From the NCBI GenBank assembly GCA_002269645.1, contig NIVC01004360.1:1-48601 (forward strand): a stretch of 48,601 bases of DNA. The letters run 5' to 3'. Within the stretch, counting starts at the first letter, position 1, and each line of letters begins with the position of its first letter. A program made the translations under genes and the position numbers. This document shows positions 44,401 through 48,601 of the stretch, piece by piece. The notes beneath the pieces were generated by a model that saw only the letters and a list, made by a program, of their open reading frames with translations, was not told the DNA's origin and ran no database searches. The stretch is from Macrostomum lignano (taxonomy: Eukaryota).

Positions 44401-45978
44401 GCCAGTTTTACGATTTCGAATTAGCGGACAGATGGCGTGGTGTCCTGGGAAACGAGAGGACAGGTAAGAGCGATGTCGATTAAGTTTGTACAGAAAGGGC
44501 TTAAGCACTGCCGCGAATCAAGATGACAATCGAACCTACCCTTTCGAATGCTTTCGTCATTCTCCACCAGAGCATAATGGTCCCAATTGATTTTGCCCAG
44601 CGCACTACTTGAGTCGTAGTCCTTGTAAGGCACAGACATTCGCTTATTGAACGAGCCAACCCATTCCGATTCGAGTTGGTCGAAAAAGTCTGGCATTTTG
44701 GATTCGGATTTGCTTAAATTGGGCTGCGGCTTCGGTTGAAACTCGGCCATATCGTCGGCATCGTCTTCGTCATCTTCATCGTCCTGGTCGTTAGCGGCAT
44801 CGTCGTTTCCTTGGTTGTTGTCCTCATTGTCATTTTCGTCGGATGATGAAGATTCTATGCACGGCGGGGCCTTCTTTGCAGCTGTGGCGCCCGCCTCCTT
44901 TACGGGGTTATCTGTTGTTTCAAGAAGAGTTAAATAGGTTTAACAAATAACTAGATCTCTTACACGATCTTTCAACCAAAATTCCAAATCAAGGAAATGA
45001 ATTGGGGACAGGAATCATTGGTCCAGGGAAGGAAGAAAAGGGTTGCTTATCTTTGATTCATTGGTGGATGCGAAGGGGCAAAAAATGAAATGGTTGTCTT
45101 TGATTCTTTCAAAGCGCGCTGGGAAGGGAAATAAATAAGTGTGGTTATCTTTGATTCTTTAGCGCGGATGGTAAGCGCAATAAAAGCGGTTGGTGATTAT
45201 CTTTGAAGCATCAGCGTGACTAGGGAAGGGCAATAAAACGGGGTGGTGGTTATCTTTGAACCATCAGCGTGGCTGGGGATGGGCAAAAATGGGGTGGTGG
45301 TTATCTTTAAACTATCAGCGTGGCTAGGGAAGTGCAATAAAACGGGGTGGTGGTTATCTTTGAACCATCAGCGTGGTTGGGTGGGCAATAAAACGGGGTG
45401 AGGATTATCTTTGAACCATCAGCGTGGCTGGGGATGGGTAAAAATGGGGTGGTGGTTATCTTTAAACTATCAGCGTGGCTAGGGAAGTGCAATAAAACGG
45501 GGTGGTTATCTTTGAACCATCAGCGTGGCTGGGGATGGGCAAAAATGGGGTGGTGGTTATCTTTAAACTATCAGCGTGGCTAGGGAAGTGCAATAAAACG
45601 GGGTGGTGGTTATCTTTGAACCATCAGCGTGGCTAGGGAAGTGCAATAAAACGGGGTGGTGGTTATCTTTGAACCATCAGCGTGGTTGGGGATGGGCAAT
45701 AAACGGGGTGGTGGTTATCTTTGAACCATCAGCGTGGTTAGGGATGGGCAAAAAACGGGATGGTGTTTATCTTTGAATTAATACCACAGCTGCTAAGGGC
45801 AATAAATAAGGCAATATTGTATGCCTTTTTATACTTTCATTAATTGTATTTCAACTAGGAGTTAATTACCCGCAGTTGTATCGTCTCCACTAAGCGGTCC
45901 AAGAAAGTCGCAAGCGGCTGCAACAAACTCGGCATCGTGACGTTTGGGCTGCTCGACTGTAGCTTCGACTGAGTCCAT
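41459..45978 (-). CDS. Divergent AGC-group Ser/Thr protein kinase, about 527 aa, six exons
   Basis: Exons 45978-45870, 44911-44540, 44444-44125, 42978(or 42951)-42723, 42594-42421, 41811-41459, all phases compatible. Kozak GCCGCCATGG. Acidic N-terminus, YRCK, ERQFL..DHPFV, AQIILALEYLH, HRDIQASN, DFA, APEY, DFYAFG, and AGC tail WFDGIDFEKLY...PWQP. Confidence 0.88.
43100..43735. repeat. 25-bp minisatellite in kinase intron 3
   Basis: Unit GATAGATTGACCCCTTAGATCTGGA with a variable C-run, about 24 copies. Confidence 0.96.
43892..44095. mobile_element. hAT (Charlie-like) MITE with a GA-rich core, third copy
   Basis: GGGGAGTCGGAAAACTT...GAGGGCCGG left end and GGGCCGGAGTTTGCCGAGCCCTG right end. 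Flanks ACCTAAAA/CTCTAAAA resemble a TSD. Confidence 0.65.
45200..45775. repeat. About 51-bp minisatellite in kinase intron 1
   Basis: Unit GGGTGGTGGTTATCTTTGAACCATCAGCGTGGCTGGGGATGGGCAAAAATG, about 11 copies in two alternating variants. Confidence 0.95.
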
Positions 45979-47765
45979 GGCGGCGCTATTGGCTTCTTTT
46001 AGATCGATAGCTTTTGTTTATTATAAAAACTATTTTAATTAAATATTGATTAGCTACTATTCTGTTCTTGAATCTATAAAAATATAGCCTTGAAATTTGG
46101 CTAAAAAAATCGGCAAGTAAGACAAGCAAGGACGTAGAAAGTTGAAATGCCTGCAAGCAAATTTCTATAGCTAAAGGAAGAAAATGAGCAATAGCTGCGA
46201 AGAAGAAAAACAAGACAAAGACAGAACAGGCACGCAGTACTATATAGACTTCAAACATAGACTATGAAATTGATTGATGCCAAAAAAATTCATAGACTAC
46301 GAGTATACATGTATCTGCGATAAAATTTTGATCGCTGCTTAATTTTATAAAATCGCTCTGATGCTGCAAGCACTGGACTAATAATTTAACTATAGTACAT
46401 TTATTATACTAATTAAATAAATTTGCGTGCAATATTTAGTTATATAACGTGGATAATATAGATAATTACACTATGCCACTACTCGTTAATCTAAGTTATC
46501 GTTTAAATATAGCAAAAAGTTTATTAACAAAAAATGATCATTTGGGCTAATAAGCAGGGTTTGGTCAAACGAAATTGATTAATCAATAGCTAATGCACGA
46601 TTACTCGTAAATCAAACTGGTTAGTAGAGTTAGTAAGAATTTTATATCAAGGTATATAAATCAAACTGGATGGAGAAGGACCAGATATCGAGACGAGAAA
46701 GACGATTTGAGCTGAGACAATCAGACAGATGGGCTTTGAGAAGGAGACAGGCCTTTGGTCTAGCGATCGACTAACCCGCGCATCCGTAATTTAACTTAGT
46801 TGCGCACCAAAATCTGGTGCTGGCGAGCGTACATGCATGTATCATAGTTTTTCAATGACCATTTATTATAAAAGCAAAAACAGTAAGTATATGAATGTAT
46901 AGTTATAAGTAGGAAGATTCTGTCATCAGTAAACTAATATCGTAGAAATGCAATGTCTAGTTTGTAGAATGCTAGCTATCTCAGGAAAAACACATACGTG
47001 ACTATAGTATAGTAAGCATATAGTCAGCTATTATTAAAGCTCTTAAGCGTTTTTATGAAGTCTATACCGAAAAACTACCAAGTAGAAATTTATTTAGCCA
47101 TCTACATGTGTATATTCAGTGGGTTTATTTTGGCTAGCTATTTCTACTCTTTGAAAATTTTTCTCAACTAGAAGCACTGCTTAAAGTACAAGCAATGAAA
47201 ATTTAAATGGATTATATTCCATCAATTTACGGGAACAAAGTTAGTTTATAGTAAGATTAGAAAGCTATGAAAATTGTGCGCATTATTATAACTAAAAATA
47301 GTTTTTTGTCAATGTAATTAAAACAATTAGGAAGGAAAAATTGAAATAAAATAGGAATTCATCTATTATAACATATTTTCTTTTAACGGACAGTTAGGTT
47401 AAAAGGTGATAAACTTTGAAGTGTTTGTTCCAGATTTTTGTCCAAAATAACGAATTTGCAGTTTTTTGTCTACTTAAATGGATTGCGATTTTCCCATGGG
47501 ACTCACCAAACTATAGCCGACACACAGAGTATATCATTATTTTATTTAGATTGTTACTCAGTCACTCCGAGTGTCACTCGTAATATCACCCCGTCACTTT
47601 TATTGTCACTCCGTCTCTCTAATTACAGTCACTCTGTCCCCTGCACAGAAAGTGTTATTACAGCAAACAGCTGTTTCTGATAAACAAATTCACAAAGTTC
47701 AATTGACGCAATTAATTAAAAAATGTAACGCAGCTTTTTTATCAAATTTGATTTCTGCACTCTAC

Positions 47766-47974
47766 CTGGGAAGCCTGCTGCTGCTGCTGTTTCCCATGGC
47801 ACTGACAGCTGAGGAGCTGCTAACTAATTGCAGCTGTCTGTTGCCAGATGGCGCAGCTGCTGTTGCAGAACTTGTTGCAGCTTCTTCGCTTAAACTGTCG
47901 TTGGAATTGCTTTCAATTACCATCGAGTTCAGGCCGGCGGTTGCGGTGGCTGCAGGTGGAGCAGAACTTGATTC
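47766..47974 (-). CDS. Low-complexity Ser/Ala-rich internal exon, possibly an upstream NF1 exon
   Basis: GC-rich island flanked by AG and AG|GTAGAG. Only one frame is open (SSSAPPAATATAGLNSMVIESNSNDSLSEEAATSS...SSSSRLP). No recognisable domain. Confidence 0.5.
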
Positions 47975-47996
47975 TTAATTTTGATAATATTCTTCC

Positions 47997-48500
47997 CTAA
48001 CTAATCCGAGGGAATTCTCTAAATAATCCGAGGGAATTCCCTAACTAATCTGAGGGAATTCCCTAACTAATCTGAGGGAATTCCCTAAATAATCCGAGGG
48101 AATTCCCTAACTAATCTGAGGGAATTCCCTAACTAATCTGAGGGAATTCCTTAAATAATCCGAGGGAATTCCTAACTAATCTGAGGGAATTCCCTAACTA
48201 ATCTGAGGGAATTCCCTAAATAATCCGAGGAATTCCCTAAATAATCCGAGGGAATTCCCTAACTAATCTGAGGGAATTCCCTAACTAATCTGAGGGAATT
48301 CCCTAAATAATCCGAGGGAATTCCTCCATTAATTCGTGGGAATTTCTCCCACTAATCCGAAGGAAGTCTCAAACTAATCCGAGGGAATTCCAAACTAATC
48401 CGAGGGAATTCCCAAACTAATCCGAGGGAATTCCCAAACTAATACGAGGGAATTCTCAAACTAATCCGAGGGAATTCCAAACTAATCCGAGGAAATTCTT
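47997..48500. repeat. 22-bp minisatellite
   Basis: Unit CTAACTAATCTGAGGGAATTCC / CTAAATAATCCGAGGGAATTCC, about 23 copies, beginning about 20 nt from the putative exon acceptor. Confidence 0.96.
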
Positions 48501-48601
48501 GAAACTTATCCGAGTGGATATAAATCCTAAGAGATTCTACCTGCTAATCCAGTCGGTTTAATTTCCGATAAATCCAAGGTATTAACGCCAGTTAAGCTTA
48601 A

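Overview
This is AT-rich, intron-containing metazoan DNA, not prokaryotic. GC-rich exons, polyQ tracts and minisatellite-filled introns suggest a flatworm such as Macrostomum (inference only). Genes, left to right: a decayed non-LTR retrotransposon RT fragment; a metabotropic glutamate receptor-like class C GPCR (-, two frameshifts, 7TM part not in the window); a secreted C-type lectin with a PAN-like C-terminus (+, one or two 1-bp frameshifts); an intact two-exon clan-2-like cytochrome P450 with no visible membrane anchor (-); BAG6 (+, 7 exons, five introns each holding a different minisatellite); V-ATPase subunit e (+, 3 exons); the 3' exons of neurofibromin NF1 (-); and a complete but atypical AGC-type kinase gene (-) that appears to lie inside an NF1 intron on the same strand. 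Mobile DNA: a 1.5-kb Ty3/gypsy LTR element reduced to LTRs, tRNA-Ser PBS, integrase and PPT, inserted in a 65-bp satellite; Tc1-like and Merlin remnants; three MITE families with 8-bp TSDs. No CRISPR arrays, rRNA or intact tRNA genes were seen. Exon boundaries and alignments were made by eye, without database searches, so frameshifts could be assembly errors.
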